Below are positions 8,144 to 16,536 of a stretch of DNA of 64,000 nt, piece by piece. Origin of the DNA: a virus. Numbering within the stretch: position 1 is the first letter of the stretch; every line of letters begins with the position of its first letter. The DNA lies in the IMG/VR virus record IMGVR_UViG_3300033156_000692, one strand, 5' to 3'. Position numbers and translations under genes: made by a program. The notes beneath the pieces are model-generated. The model searched no databases, had not been told where the DNA came from, and saw only the letters and a list, made by a program, of their open reading frames with translations.

Positions 8144-9802
8144 TCAAAACGGTGTCTCCGAAGTAAGCAGGGTTGAGGCATCGCCCAACCTTGCGATAAA
8201 CCACTCTCCCGGGTGATAAACTATGTTCTCCCCAGGAGAGGACTCCCAACTGGGGGAGGAATCCTCCGGCTCTTCGCTCATATATCGCACAATGGCTGTA
8301 ACTACGTTATCTACGTGCTCCCTCCAAGTGGGCTCGACCCGAGCCACCCGAGGCAGTCCAATGACTACGTGATTGGGTCTAGGGCGAACTGGATGTGGGG
8401 GCGATTCGAGCAGGTCAAAGCCCTCGATGGGAATGGAAGCGACCTCACCTCTGTCCTCAGCCAGTCCGTACAGCACTACGGTTATTCCGGCGGCTACTTC
8501 TCGGAAGGTTTCATCCCCCATCAGTCGCTGCTCATATTCCCGTCTTGCTGCAAAATCCCACTCATCCCTGAAGAAGAGTCTGGGGGCACTCAACACGGCC
8601 TCCCCCAGCCCCCAGGCGGCCCGGAGGGAAGGGATCTTTTCCTTCCTCCATCGCCGCCGGAACCGTAGGAAGTACTTCACCTCCTCTCTGGTGAGCCCCC
8701 CAATTTTGATATACTCCCGCGCATACGGCGGAGAATGGTAGACGATGGTTTCTCCCCTGGGGGCATTCAAGACCCGGGACACCAAGTTACGGGCCAACTT
8801 TAAGACGATTTCGGCCATCCGGGGCTCGGCAAATACAGCGGCGGGCGGAGACCGGTACTCGAACCCGTGGGGCTCAGTCCTTACGTCCGACAGGTCGCCG
8901 TATCCGCTCTCCGTTCGAGCGGGGCCGTTCAGTACCGACATGGGGCAACCGATAAATGTGTCCAACATTGAGACGAGTTGTCCCGGGGGGCGCCAGGGTC
9001 GTCCAACCCCAATGTGGATGTGGCCCCCAACGGGGTAGCGCTCCCCAAGGGGGGAGCCATCATAGGCGGCGTACCGCAGGGCGAACCGCTCGAAGATGGA
9101 ACGGATGCTCTCTACCACTCGCGCCGGATCGGTGGATGGGTCCGGCCGGACTTCCATTTGACTCCCGGCTCCGTCTACCCCCAGCGGGCCGAAGCTGCCC
9201 TCGGCCTCGTCTATTACCTCGTAGGCCGCAACCACACGGGGACCATCCCGGCCTATCTCTAGCAGCTCAAACTCGGGGTCACACCCCACAGTTACTTCTA
9301 CGGGAGTAAACTCCTCTGGCCCCGTTTCGGGTTCTAGCGGCTCCAATCCGACGCGCTCCAGTAGCTCGCGCACTAATGGGACGACTGTGTGGGGGACCTC
9401 GCTCCTGTTATGAGTCCAGTCCGTCAGCACAAAACTTTCCAGCTCAGGAAAATACAGTCCCGCGAAGCGCCCATTGACCCGGATGACCCACACCCGCCGG
9501 GGTGAGGGGGTATCTATAAAGGTAATGAGGTTGTCGAAAAACACCAGGTCTGCTATTGCGGCGGACAGATCTATGGTCCGCTCGGCTTGTGCCTGAACCG
9601 TCACGTTGGCGAACACGTAGAATGCCCTTGGTGGAATGTCCAACCCATCCAGGGGAGTTGTGTGGTTCCCCAGGTGCCGGAAGTAGCGCTCCAGGTCCAA
9701 TTCCCGGACCAGGATGGGGAACCCTTCAGTCCACTCCGATGGGGGGCTCTTTAAGGCTTCTGCCCCACCCAGTCCCCGGATAACCACTTCACTCCTCGGC
9801 AT
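8144..9802 (-). CDS. Amidoligase_2-like (glutamine-synthetase/GCS2-fold) protein with N-terminal extension
   Basis: Motifs VGCDPEFELLE (GxExE), GSQMEVRPDP, GGHIHIGVG; parallel to motifs in 10646..11842. Confidence 0.6.
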   Translation of the reverse strand: MPRSEVVIRGLGGAEALKSPPSEWTEGFPILVRELDLERYFRHLGNHTTPLDGLDIPPRAFYVFANVTVQAQAERTIDLSAAIADLVFFDNLITFIDTPSPRRVWVIRVNGRFAGLYFPELESFVLTDWTHNRSEVPHTVVPLVRELLERVGLEPLEPETGPEEFTPVEVTVGCDPEFELLEIGRDGPRVVAAYEVIDEAEGSFGPLGVDGAGSQMEVRPDPSTDPARVVESIRSIFERFALRYAAYDGSPLGERYPVGGHIHIGVGRPWRPPGQLVSMLDTFIGCPMSVLNGPARTESGYGDLSDVRTEPHGFEYRSPPAAVFAEPRMAEIVLKLARNLVSRVLNAPRGETIVYHSPPYAREYIKIGGLTREEVKYFLRFRRRWRKEKIPSLRAAWGLGEAVLSAPRLFFRDEWDFAARREYEQRLMGDETFREVAAGITVVLYGLAEDRGEVASIPIEGFDLLESPPHPVRPRPNHVVIGLPRVARVEPTWREHVDNVVTAIVRYMSEEPEDSSPSWESSPGENIVYHPGEWFIARLGDASTLLTSETPF

Positions 9803-10646
9803 ACTTCACCTCCTTTTCGCGGGGCGGGGGCAAGACGACGGGATCGTAAAATCCCAGGATCTCAGTGAGGTAACAGTCATCGCAGGCGTAGATCGCAGCG
9901 TCAGACCGGTACACTACGTCCTCACGGAATCGGCCGCAGATCTCGCAAATCCTCTCGCGACGCGCTGTGGTGTTAGCACTCTCCAGGGGTATGTACTCTT
10001 CGTCGTCATCGCGGTAGCTGTACGCGCCCCAAAACCTCTTGCGGCCGCGACGGGGCCAATCCCAGTCCCCGTAGTACTTGTAAAACTTGTAAGAGTGGTT
10101 GGAATACAAGATTCCGTTCTCCTCGATGGAACTCCCGATCCACAAAATGGAGCCGTCCGGCCACAGGAAGGCGAACTTGCCACCCACGTGGGAGATCAAC
10201 CGCTGGATGGAGTCTTTCCCCAGACTATCCCGAACCTCGGGCTGGGACAGGACCTCCATCACGAACTGGGCCGTGTCGGACCAACGCCCGGCATAGGCGT
10301 AGCCGCCTATGGTGCCGTTGTGACCGACCACGGGCAGCCGGGTCCGGAGCTTGGTAGCGCCGACCCAATCCTCCCGGTCGGTCAGCGGGAACGGATGGCA
10401 GTTAGCGCCGTCTCTGTGGCCGTGAGTGGCCAGCCGGAAGTGTATGATGGCTCCGTCCTCTTTTCGGACGGAGCTACGGAACTCATGGTAGAACCGGGCA
10501 AACGACGTGTAGCCCTTTTTGATCAGGATGTGCCGCCCTTTGGCCACGGCGAATCCGGCACCATCGGGGTTCCCCTCGAACCCGTTTAGTAGGTGCTCCT
10601 TTGGCGGGAGATTAACTCCCTTGGGTTTAGCGATAAGTAGGCACAC
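9789..10646 (-). CDS. YafJ-type class-II (Ntn) glutamine amidotransferase with C-terminal zinc ribbon
   Basis: GTG start immediately followed by a Cys codon (N-terminal Cys nucleophile); DGAGFAV, IIHFRLATHG, CHPFP, VVGHNGTIGGY align to the YafJ family; C-terminal CEICGRF...CDDC. The start overlaps the upstream stop (TAGTG) with AAGGAGGTG RBS. Confidence 0.65.
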   Translation of the reverse strand: MCLLIAKPKGVNLPPKEHLLNGFEGNPDGAGFAVAKGRHILIKKGYTSFARFYHEFRSSVRKEDGAIIHFRLATHGHRDGANCHPFPLTDREDWVGATKLRTRLPVVGHNGTIGGYAYAGRWSDTAQFVMEVLSQPEVRDSLGKDSIQRLISHVGGKFAFLWPDGSILWIGSSIEENGILYSNHSYKFYKYYGDWDWPRRGRKRFWGAYSYRDDDEEYIPLESANTTARRERICEICGRFREDVVYRSDAAIYACDDCYLTEILGFYDPVVLPPPREKEVKYAEE

Positions 10647-11842
10647 TAAACTACCACCTCCTTTTTTCTTTCCCAGTACGGCACCCAAATGCCCAAGATT
10701 TTCATGTACTGGACTAGGTGCCCGTACCGGTTTGTTTGCTCTAGCCACCCGCAAAACACGTCCCACTGCATTGCCAGCGCCGAGAACATCCGGGCAAAGT
10801 GGGCAACGGCATCAGCAAACTGTAGGAACGCGATGAACTCTTGGGGGTCGGTTGTGGACCGGAACACCCGGAGTTCCACGGTCCCCTCGGACGTTGCCGT
10901 ATTTACGGCTAGGTATCTATTGCTGGGCGCATAATGCCAGTTTTTTGCTATGTCGTGGGGCGCATACGGGAGCAGCTTGGCCCACTGCGAGTTCCAGCGG
11001 CCTGCGATCTTGCATATCTCATCCCAGCACCTAGTAAAGAACACGGCCAGCCGGTCCACCCCTCGCCTTCCTAGAAACTGGCGGGATAGGTGAATATGTA
11101 TCCCACACGTGCTTGCCGAGTACCCTCCGGCTTCCTGGACGGCTTCAACAACCAGGGCCGGGGAGTATCGGTGCCAGCGTTTCCAGGTGGTGGGGTGAAA
11201 CACGATCTCAAACCCGTTCTGCAACGACCCATCATATTTGAAGTAAACCCGCTCATTGTTTGTGAGTTCATTCGGCAAATAGTCTAGCAATGCTTCGGCC
11301 ACGCCCTCGGGGTCGTCGTTGCACTCCACCTCCAGCTCAACGCCGAGGTAGAGCGTGTTCTCATACGGTTCCTTTGCGAAGACTGGGCACGGTTTGTAGC
11401 CGTAGTCCTCAATCGGCCCAGGCGGCGGGGCGCAGCCCTCACAATACGGTCCCTCACCCCCACGGGTGTAAACGGCATCCTCGCTCCAGATGGTCGCCCC
11501 GCACGCTATACATGTCGTGCAGTATTCGTACCAACATCCTTCACAATACTCCTCACCATCAGGAGTCATAAGGGCACTATCCCGATGTACCACCTCCCCA
11601 CAGGACGCACACTCAACGTAGTTTTCGTACCAGCAGTCCTCACATATAAGCTCCCCATTGGGGGCCTCCACGAGGCTATCCCGATCCACAATACGACCGC
11701 ACCGGGGACATCGAGCAAACAACTCCCAATAGCACTCGGCGCAGTAATTCTTGTGGTCTGACGCCTCGAACGCCCACCCCGCCCACATAAGCTGGCCACA
11801 CCTCGCGCAGGCCACGGTGGGCGGCGCCACCGTTTCGGACAT
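10646..11842 (-). CDS. Amidoligase_2 family protein with N-terminal triple zinc-ribbon (CxxC pairs)
   Basis: LGVELEVE and GIHIHLS motifs characteristic of the putative amidoligase family; N-terminus holds 6 CxxC pairs; GGGGAGGTG RBS. Confidence 0.7.
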   Translation of the reverse strand: MSETVAPPTVACARCGQLMWAGWAFEASDHKNYCAECYWELFARCPRCGRIVDRDSLVEAPNGELICEDCWYENYVECASCGEVVHRDSALMTPDGEEYCEGCWYEYCTTCIACGATIWSEDAVYTRGGEGPYCEGCAPPPGPIEDYGYKPCPVFAKEPYENTLYLGVELEVECNDDPEGVAEALLDYLPNELTNNERVYFKYDGSLQNGFEIVFHPTTWKRWHRYSPALVVEAVQEAGGYSASTCGIHIHLSRQFLGRRGVDRLAVFFTRCWDEICKIAGRWNSQWAKLLPYAPHDIAKNWHYAPSNRYLAVNTATSEGTVELRVFRSTTDPQEFIAFLQFADAVAHFARMFSALAMQWDVFCGWLEQTNRYGHLVQYMKILGIWVPYWERKKEVVV

Positions 11843-11862
11843 TTAAACCACCTCCCCTTAAT

Positions 11863-11887
11863 AAAAAATCCGCCCCAAACGGGGCGG
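11863..11887 (-). terminator. intrinsic terminator (CCGCCCC-AAAC-GGGGCGG then TTTTTT on minus strand)
   Basis: Perfect 7-bp GC stem with 4-nt loop (11870..11887) followed by a 6-nt T-run on the minus strand (plus-strand A-run 11863..11868), just 3' of the tRNA-like element and 20 nt 5' of the amidoligase RBS. Confidence 0.55.
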
Positions 11888-11889
11888 TC

Positions 11890-12008
11890 TGGTGCCCGGG
11901 GCCGGATTTGAACCGGCTCCCCCGGTCTCCCAGGGGCGGACTTTTCCCTGGGGCGGGGACCACAACCTGCCGCCTCGGTGGGGCGTGTTCCCACCACGCC
12001 GCCCGGGC
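11890..12008 (-). ncRNA. tRNA-like element, 119 nt: canonical acceptor stem, D-arm, T-arm (GGTTCAAATCC) and encoded CCA, but about 43 extra nt in the anticodon/variable region
   Basis: Minus-strand sequence: GCCCGGG..GCGT-GGTGGGAAC-ACGC......GCCGG-TTCAAAT-CCGGC-CCCGGGC-A-CCA. No canonical anticodon arm can be folded by hand. Confidence 0.35.
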
Positions 12009-12096
12009 AAAAGACGCCTACGTCTGTGGGGCTCTAGCCACGGCCACGGGATGTTTCACCCGTAACCGTGGGGGCCATTGGGGGCCATTTTTAAAC

Positions 12097-12633
12097 CTAC
12101 CTCGGGGCAGCCTTTTGCCATAGAAGATGGGTTAATTCCCACACAACATATTCTTGGGCATGTTCCCATCCATAAAAGAACCGGTCCACGCCAACATTTG
12201 GGAGCACCGACACCCCAATGAGAGTGCCCCACTCGGGCCACTCCCTCTTCCATGTGCATACATAGAAAACGGGACCACCATACATGCGCGGTGATAACAG
12301 TATTTCATCGTATTCTAGTGGAGTTTTGTAAACATCACGGAACATGTCCGCCCAAGGCGGCGGACTATTGTCGACCCAATTGTAATGGATTATGTGAGCG
12401 AACCCTATTTTAAGATCTTTCGCCAACTCCTCCAGCCGATATATAATCCCCCCTGACTTCTTCACTTCGATAACCTTTGTGGAATCCAATTTTTCGATAT
12501 CGCACAACCCCAGTTTAGCTACCCTCAGCGCAAACGAGCAATTAGAACGCAATGCCGGGGGAAACTCCACCCACAGGTCCCTTCCTCCGGCCGCGTCTTC
12601 ACGCACAAGTATCAACTTCGCTTCGGTCTTCAT
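12097..12633 (-). CDS. hypothetical protein in a lower-GC segment
   Basis: ORF; local GC visibly lower than the surroundings. Confidence 0.45.
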   Translation of the reverse strand: MKTEAKLILVREDAAGGRDLWVEFPPALRSNCSFALRVAKLGLCDIEKLDSTKVIEVKKSGGIIYRLEELAKDLKIGFAHIIHYNWVDNSPPPWADMFRDVYKTPLEYDEILLSPRMYGGPVFYVCTWKREWPEWGTLIGVSVLPNVGVDRFFYGWEHAQEYVVWELTHLLWQKAAPR

Positions 12634-12666
12634 TCACGTCACCCCTTTGCCCAGGAAAGTCATGTC

Positions 12667-13020
12667 CTAAGACGCGGCCCGGGCCACAGGGCGGGCCGCT
12701 AGGATTAGCTGGATCGTGGGTTGCCTTGGCCCGGAACGTTCGATAGTGGCAAGAACCATACCTACGCCATCGCGCTCATAATAACTGCCGGTTACTTTGT
12801 CTCCCGAGGTGCACGCAGCAGCTAGCCCGCGCAGCACTGCGGGGGAAACCTTTTCGCGATACCACGAGGGCAGGTTTTCAATGGTTAAAATCGGTTCTAT
12901 GGCTTTGGTTTTACCCCAAACACCACCATCAAGGATTTTGACAAGTTGCAGGGCGTTCCCTTCAATGCGTGCTTCATCGGCACTAGTTACCATCGCACTA
13001 ACGCGCCGTTCCCACAACAT
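12667..13020 (-). CDS. hypothetical protein
   Basis: ATG with GGGAGGTG RBS (the ORF track starts at GTG 13029). Confidence 0.4.
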   Translation of the reverse strand: MLWERRVSAMVTSADEARIEGNALQLVKILDGGVWGKTKAIEPILTIENLPSWYREKVSPAVLRGLAAACTSGDKVTGSYYERDGVGMVLATIERSGPRQPTIQLILAARPVARAAS

Positions 13021-13047
13021 TTGGACCACCTCCCTACGGGTTTTAAC

Positions 13048-13194
13048 CTAAATAAACCCCATCCGTAGAAGCGGGTTCACCCACCCGCACTCTGGGCACT
13101 CTGGACAGTCTGGCTCCAACAATGAGCCGCACTCTGGACACTCAATCACATCCCCCAATGCCGCTTGCTCCAGGAGCTCTTCGAGCTCTTCCAT
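13048..13194 (-). CDS. small zinc-ribbon protein (48 aa, three CPEC motifs)
   Basis: MEELEELLEQAALGDVIECPECGSLLEPDCPECPECGWVNPLLRMGFI; GAGAGGAGG RBS; below the ORF-track length cutoff. Confidence 0.3.
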   Translation of the reverse strand: MEELEELLEQAALGDVIECPECGSLLEPDCPECPECGWVNPLLRMGFI

Positions 13195-13305
13195 CACGAC
13201 CTCCTCTCTTTTCTCCTCTCCTCTTCTTCTTTCTCCTCTATCTCCCTTAGTAGTTGCCGCATTTTTCTCAACTCCTCTTCAAGATTTATTGCCATAAAAT
13301 CACCC

Positions 13306-13563
13306 CTACACTAAAACCGCTTGCGTCAACGGTTCTTGCGTTACCAGCACCGCCTCTTGGCCGCCACGTGTCTTAATCTCCTCTGCAACCCGGCGGATCA
13401 AGTCCGCATCCTCCTCGATGACTTCCACAATGAGCGAACGTTCAACTTGCCCCTTCCAGATACCTTGCGCCGCAACCAACGTAGCCCCAGTCAACAACTT
13501 GGCCACGACATCCCTAATAGGAGGGAGATCCTCAGTGTAAATCCTCCACCGAATGCCCCTCAT
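13306..13563 (-). CDS. hypothetical protein
   Basis: ORF, 85 aa. Confidence 0.4.
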   Translation of the reverse strand: MRGIRWRIYTEDLPPIRDVVAKLLTGATLVAAQGIWKGQVERSLIVEVIEEDADLIRRVAEEIKTRGGQEAVLVTQEPLTQAVLV

Positions 13564-13569
13564 GTACCG

Positions 13570-13749
13570 TCACCCCTCTTCCCAAACCAACAACCGATCC
13601 AAGCTTGCGAAGATGTTAGCTAGCTTTAACGTCTCCGATGCAGCCGACGGATCGGTTACCACTACGGCCGCGCAGTTACGGCATACGTGAACACCATTGA
13701 CGGTGCGCACGGCGGGCGCGTCCCCACAAACTTCACAAACTTTGCACAT
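13570..13749 (-). CDS. small zinc-ribbon protein (59 aa, CxxC..CxxC)
   Basis: MCKVCEVCGDAPAVRTVNGVHVCRNCAAVV...; GGGAGGTGG RBS 5 nt upstream. Confidence 0.3.
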   Translation of the reverse strand: MCKVCEVCGDAPAVRTVNGVHVCRNCAAVVVTDPSAASETLKLANIFASLDRLLVWEEG

Positions 13750-13867
13750 AAGACCACCTCCCCTAAAAGACTAGCGGCCGCATCCCGTTTCCAGGACGCG
13801 GCCACGTTTGCGGCCGACACGACGCTTTGACCTTTGCTAACCTCTTTTAAGGGTGCCCTTCAACGCT

Positions 13868-13982
13868 CCACTATTATTATAGCGTATCTTGACCGTCAAG
13901 TATGATCGCTTGCCGTTATGCTTTGTACTTGGCTGTACTATCACTATTATTATAGCGTACCATGCCCACAAAGTATGATCAC
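13868..13982. repeat. two direct repeat units (73-bp period) sharing an 18-bp box CACTATTATTATAGCGTA and a 10-bp box AAGTATGATC; unit 1 holds the palindrome CTTGACCGTCAAG
   Basis: Units at 13868..13909 and 13941..13982 in a lower-GC non-coding stretch; TATAAT is present on the minus strand in each unit. Confidence 0.6.
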
Positions 13983-13993
13983 TCAAAAGAAAA

Positions 13994-14021
13994 TGCCCCC
14001 AGGGATTGACCCTAGGGGCAT
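13994..14021 (-). terminator. stem-loop (ATGCCCCAGGG-ATTGA-CCCTAGGGGCAT) followed by TTTTCTTTT on minus strand; terminator of 14037..14402
   Basis: Near-perfect 11-bp stem directly after the stop codon at 14037. Confidence 0.55.
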
Positions 14022-14036
14022 AGCCTATGGCCTAGC

Positions 14037-14402
14037 CTATAGCGTAGTTTTAAGGATATCCACAGCAGTTAAGGTAACTAGAACTTTTTCTACCAAATTC
14101 CAATCATGTTGCGCTATCGCGTCAAGTATCATGTTTGACCATGCCGACCCGCTATCCCATGCTAGAAACTCTAGAATAGCTCCTGCAAGTTTCCTACACT
14201 CGTTGCGTTGCGTCTGCCATAGCTTGCGTTTTGAGGGCGCTACATTCTTTTGAGACTGGAAAGCTAGGGGATATTTATCCTTAAGGTGACTAAAAATGAA
14301 GTAAGTCAAGTGACCATGGCTTCTATGTTCGCTTTCCCCGGGGAATTCCCAGGGAAAATCCTCTAGGTCCCCATCAACTACCATAACCGCTCTAGTCTGC
14401 AT
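14037..14402 (-). CDS. hypothetical protein
   Basis: ATG with AAGGAGG RBS; the ORF track extends it to 14423. Confidence 0.4.
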   Translation of the reverse strand: MQTRAVMVVDGDLEDFPWEFPGESEHRSHGHLTYFIFSHLKDKYPLAFQSQKNVAPSKRKLWQTQRNECRKLAGAILEFLAWDSGSAWSNMILDAIAQHDWNLVEKVLVTLTAVDILKTTL

Positions 14403-14868
14403 TGTTCCTCCTTTGTCCGGCATTGTATTTAATGCCGGTCGCTAGGTATTGTTCGCCCCTAGCGGCGGTATTCGGCGCTAGCATTATATCATGACTGCCC
14501 TTGGTTGTCAAGTCTTATACTTTCCCCCTGGTGGCTTTCGTAGCCTCTCCTTTGCTTTCCTGGAAGCTTGGCAATCCCCCCCCATTTTGAGTGTAGCTGG
14601 GCGGTTTGAAGGCTCATCCAGGACGCTGCCACACCTGGCCCTCTACCCCCTGGGTTTATGGGCCTTTAGGTGGCGTGCATGTGGGCACCTTGCCGTGGAG
14701 CACTGTCATGTGCTATTATGGGGTGGCTGCCCGTCGGGGAGGCTCGCAATAATGCGCAAGGCCGCCCCGAGCAGAGGCGGCCCCACGCAACCGAATACCG
14801 CATCGGAGGAACAATGCAGCACTGGATTATACTGCGCCATAGCGGGGAGGTCAAGGCATGAAATTCAT

Positions 14869-15000
14869 GGGCAGTAGTTTAGAGTGCTGGCTGGCCTTTA
14901 AGGAGCTGCGGCAAATTGCCGGCGAAGACATCCACGAGGCCATAAGAATAGGCACCGCTCGGGCATTAAGTTGGCAGGAGCAAATTGAGAAACAGTAGCA
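14869..15000 (+). CDS. small hypothetical protein (43 aa)
   Basis: GGGGAGGT RBS 7 nt upstream; followed by two hairpin plus T-run terminators. Confidence 0.3.
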
Positions 15001-15005
15001 AGATT

Positions 15006-15029
15006 TTGTGTAACCGGTTACACAATTTT
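15006..15029 (+). terminator. 20-bp perfect palindrome TTGTGTAACCGGTTACACAA followed by TTTT
   Basis: Seen directly at 15006..15025; the T-run follows on the plus strand. Confidence 0.5.
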
Positions 15030-15042
15030 AGCAGACCCGGCT

Positions 15043-15072
15043 ACGCTGCTTGCTGCGAGCAAGCAACTTTTC
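15043..15072 (+). terminator. hairpin GCTTGCT-GCG-AGCAAGC followed by AACTTTTCCTTTT
   Basis: 7-bp stem then a T-rich tract on the plus strand. Confidence 0.45.
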
Positions 15073-15127
15073 CTTTTAGGATGCGGGATGGGGCCGTTAG
15101 CAGCCTCGCAAGCAAGCCACGGCTAGA

Positions 15128-15355
15128 CTAGTCCTGCATCCAGCTGGGGAAGCGGCACAACTTGGTGGTTTGTTCCATGTCGTGATAGATATGGGTGAGG
15201 CGGGTGGTGGCCCATGCAGGAAGCTCGCTGCCTTGGGTATCGAGGATGATGCGGCAAACGTCGGCTATGGAGTCGGCGAGGTTGGCGATTAGAAGGCGGC
15301 CTCCCAAGTTTCCCCGCAAGTTTTCCACTGCTTCCTTCAACCTTTCCGCGTCCAT
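15128..15355 (-). CDS. hypothetical protein
   Basis: ORF, 75 aa. Confidence 0.3.
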   Translation of the reverse strand: MDAERLKEAVENLRGNLGGRLLIANLADSIADVCRIILDTQGSELPAWATTRLTHIYHDMEQTTKLCRFPSWMQD

Positions 15356-15385
15356 GACCGCCGATTATAACACCAAATCAAAGAA

Positions 15386-15415
15386 AAAGGCCGGTTTTGG
15401 CCCGGCCAGCGCCAT
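15386..15415 (-). terminator. hairpin GGCCGG..CCGGCC followed by TTTTTCTTTGATTT on minus strand (end of the thyX-dcd-SPFH operon)
   Basis: Inverted repeat at 15390..15408 with a minus-strand T-run. Confidence 0.45.
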
Positions 15416-15566
15416 TTTTCGTCCTCATTCGCCGCATTCCCACCCAAAATAGCGGCTTACGGCCCTATATGAGGGCTTTTTACGCCCCCTCCACCCCTTA
15501 TTGGGCTTCTTTTCGTCCTTATCTTCCTTATTCTCGCCATTTTCGCGCTCTTTTGCCACCATTTCC

Positions 15567-16532
15567 CTACCTTCCGGGCTCCAAAACGCCCTGCGGAAGC
15601 ATTAGCTGCGGCATCAGCCCCGAATCATAGGGCACAATGAGGAATGTGGTGTTGGGGCTGCCGACCAGCTCGCGTACCGCCTCGATGAACTTCCACTGCA
15701 AATACTCCTCGGTCAGCGTTTCCTGGATGATCCGCTGGGCAGCCGCAATACCCTCAGCCTCCACGCGCCGCTTCTCGGCCTCCATCCTGGCCCGCTCCAC
15801 CTCGTACTGGGCACGCTGGATGGCCTCCTGGGCAGCTACTTTCTGCTCGATGGCCGCTTGTACCGTCTCCGGCAAAATCACGTTCCGCAGCAGCACTGCC
15901 TCGCAAATGAGGCCGTTTTGCTCGAAGTCCTCCTTGATTTCTTCAAAGATGGCTTGCTGGACCTCGGGCCGCTTGACCCCATAGATCTCGGCCGCTGTAT
16001 ATCTGGATGCCACGTTCCGGATCGCCGTCCTCGCTTTGGGGCGAACGATCACCCGCTTGTACGCCTCCCCGGTGCCGATCTCCCGGTACACCCACGCGGC
16101 CTTGGTCTCATTAAGCCGGTAACGCACCGTGATGTCCATGGTGATCTTGAGCCCGTCTGACGACAGCGCGTCGATGGCGTCATTGCCCTGGACTTCACCT
16201 TCCTGCGGGGCAACGGACATGGTGTACTCCTGCTTGCGGACGGACATCTGAACCACCGTCACCCACGGGGCCTTAAGGTGAAGCCCCGAATCATAGGTGT
16301 AGTCCAGCACCCGACCGAATACAACCGGCACACCTACATGGCCAGTTTCGATCTTGACCGTGAGACTGAATATGAGGCAAACCACGGCCCCAATCGTCAG
16401 CCCCCACCCGATGATCCTGGCCATACCCCCAGCCTCTTGTTCGCCCTCCTTAAACCATTGCCTCCCTAGCCCCAACAAGATAAAGCCGAACAGCAACAAT
16501 ATGACTCCAAGTACGAAAAGACCCATCTGCAC
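15567..16532 (-). CDS. SPFH/band-7 (prohibitin/stomatin/HflK-like) membrane protein
   Basis: N-terminal TM helix, SPFH core (VVFGRVLDYTYDSGLHLKAPWVTVVQMSVRKQEYT...), C-terminal coiled coil. Confidence 0.8.
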   Translation of the reverse strand: MQMGLFVLGVILLLFGFILLGLGRQWFKEGEQEAGGMARIIGWGLTIGAVVCLIFSLTVKIETGHVGVPVVFGRVLDYTYDSGLHLKAPWVTVVQMSVRKQEYTMSVAPQEGEVQGNDAIDALSSDGLKITMDITVRYRLNETKAAWVYREIGTGEAYKRVIVRPKARTAIRNVASRYTAAEIYGVKRPEVQQAIFEEIKEDFEQNGLICEAVLLRNVILPETVQAAIEQKVAAQEAIQRAQYEVERARMEAEKRRVEAEGIAAAQRIIQETLTEEYLQWKFIEAVRELVGSPNTTFLIVPYDSGLMPQLMLPQGVLEPGR

Positions 16533-16536
16533 CTCC

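Noticed and set aside
11890-12008. Interpretation of the tRNA-like element as a prophage attP/attL core
   Set aside because: No integrase or recombinase gene is anywhere near (nearest regulators are 6 kb away). The element is followed by its own terminator as a transcribed RNA gene would be. Kept as an alternative hypothesis only.
14491-14877. 128-aa plus-strand ORF and the overlapping 14666..14861 ORFs in the low-GC island
   Set aside because: No RBS; mutually overlapping in several frames; the region is better explained as non-coding regulatory DNA with terminators and palindromes.
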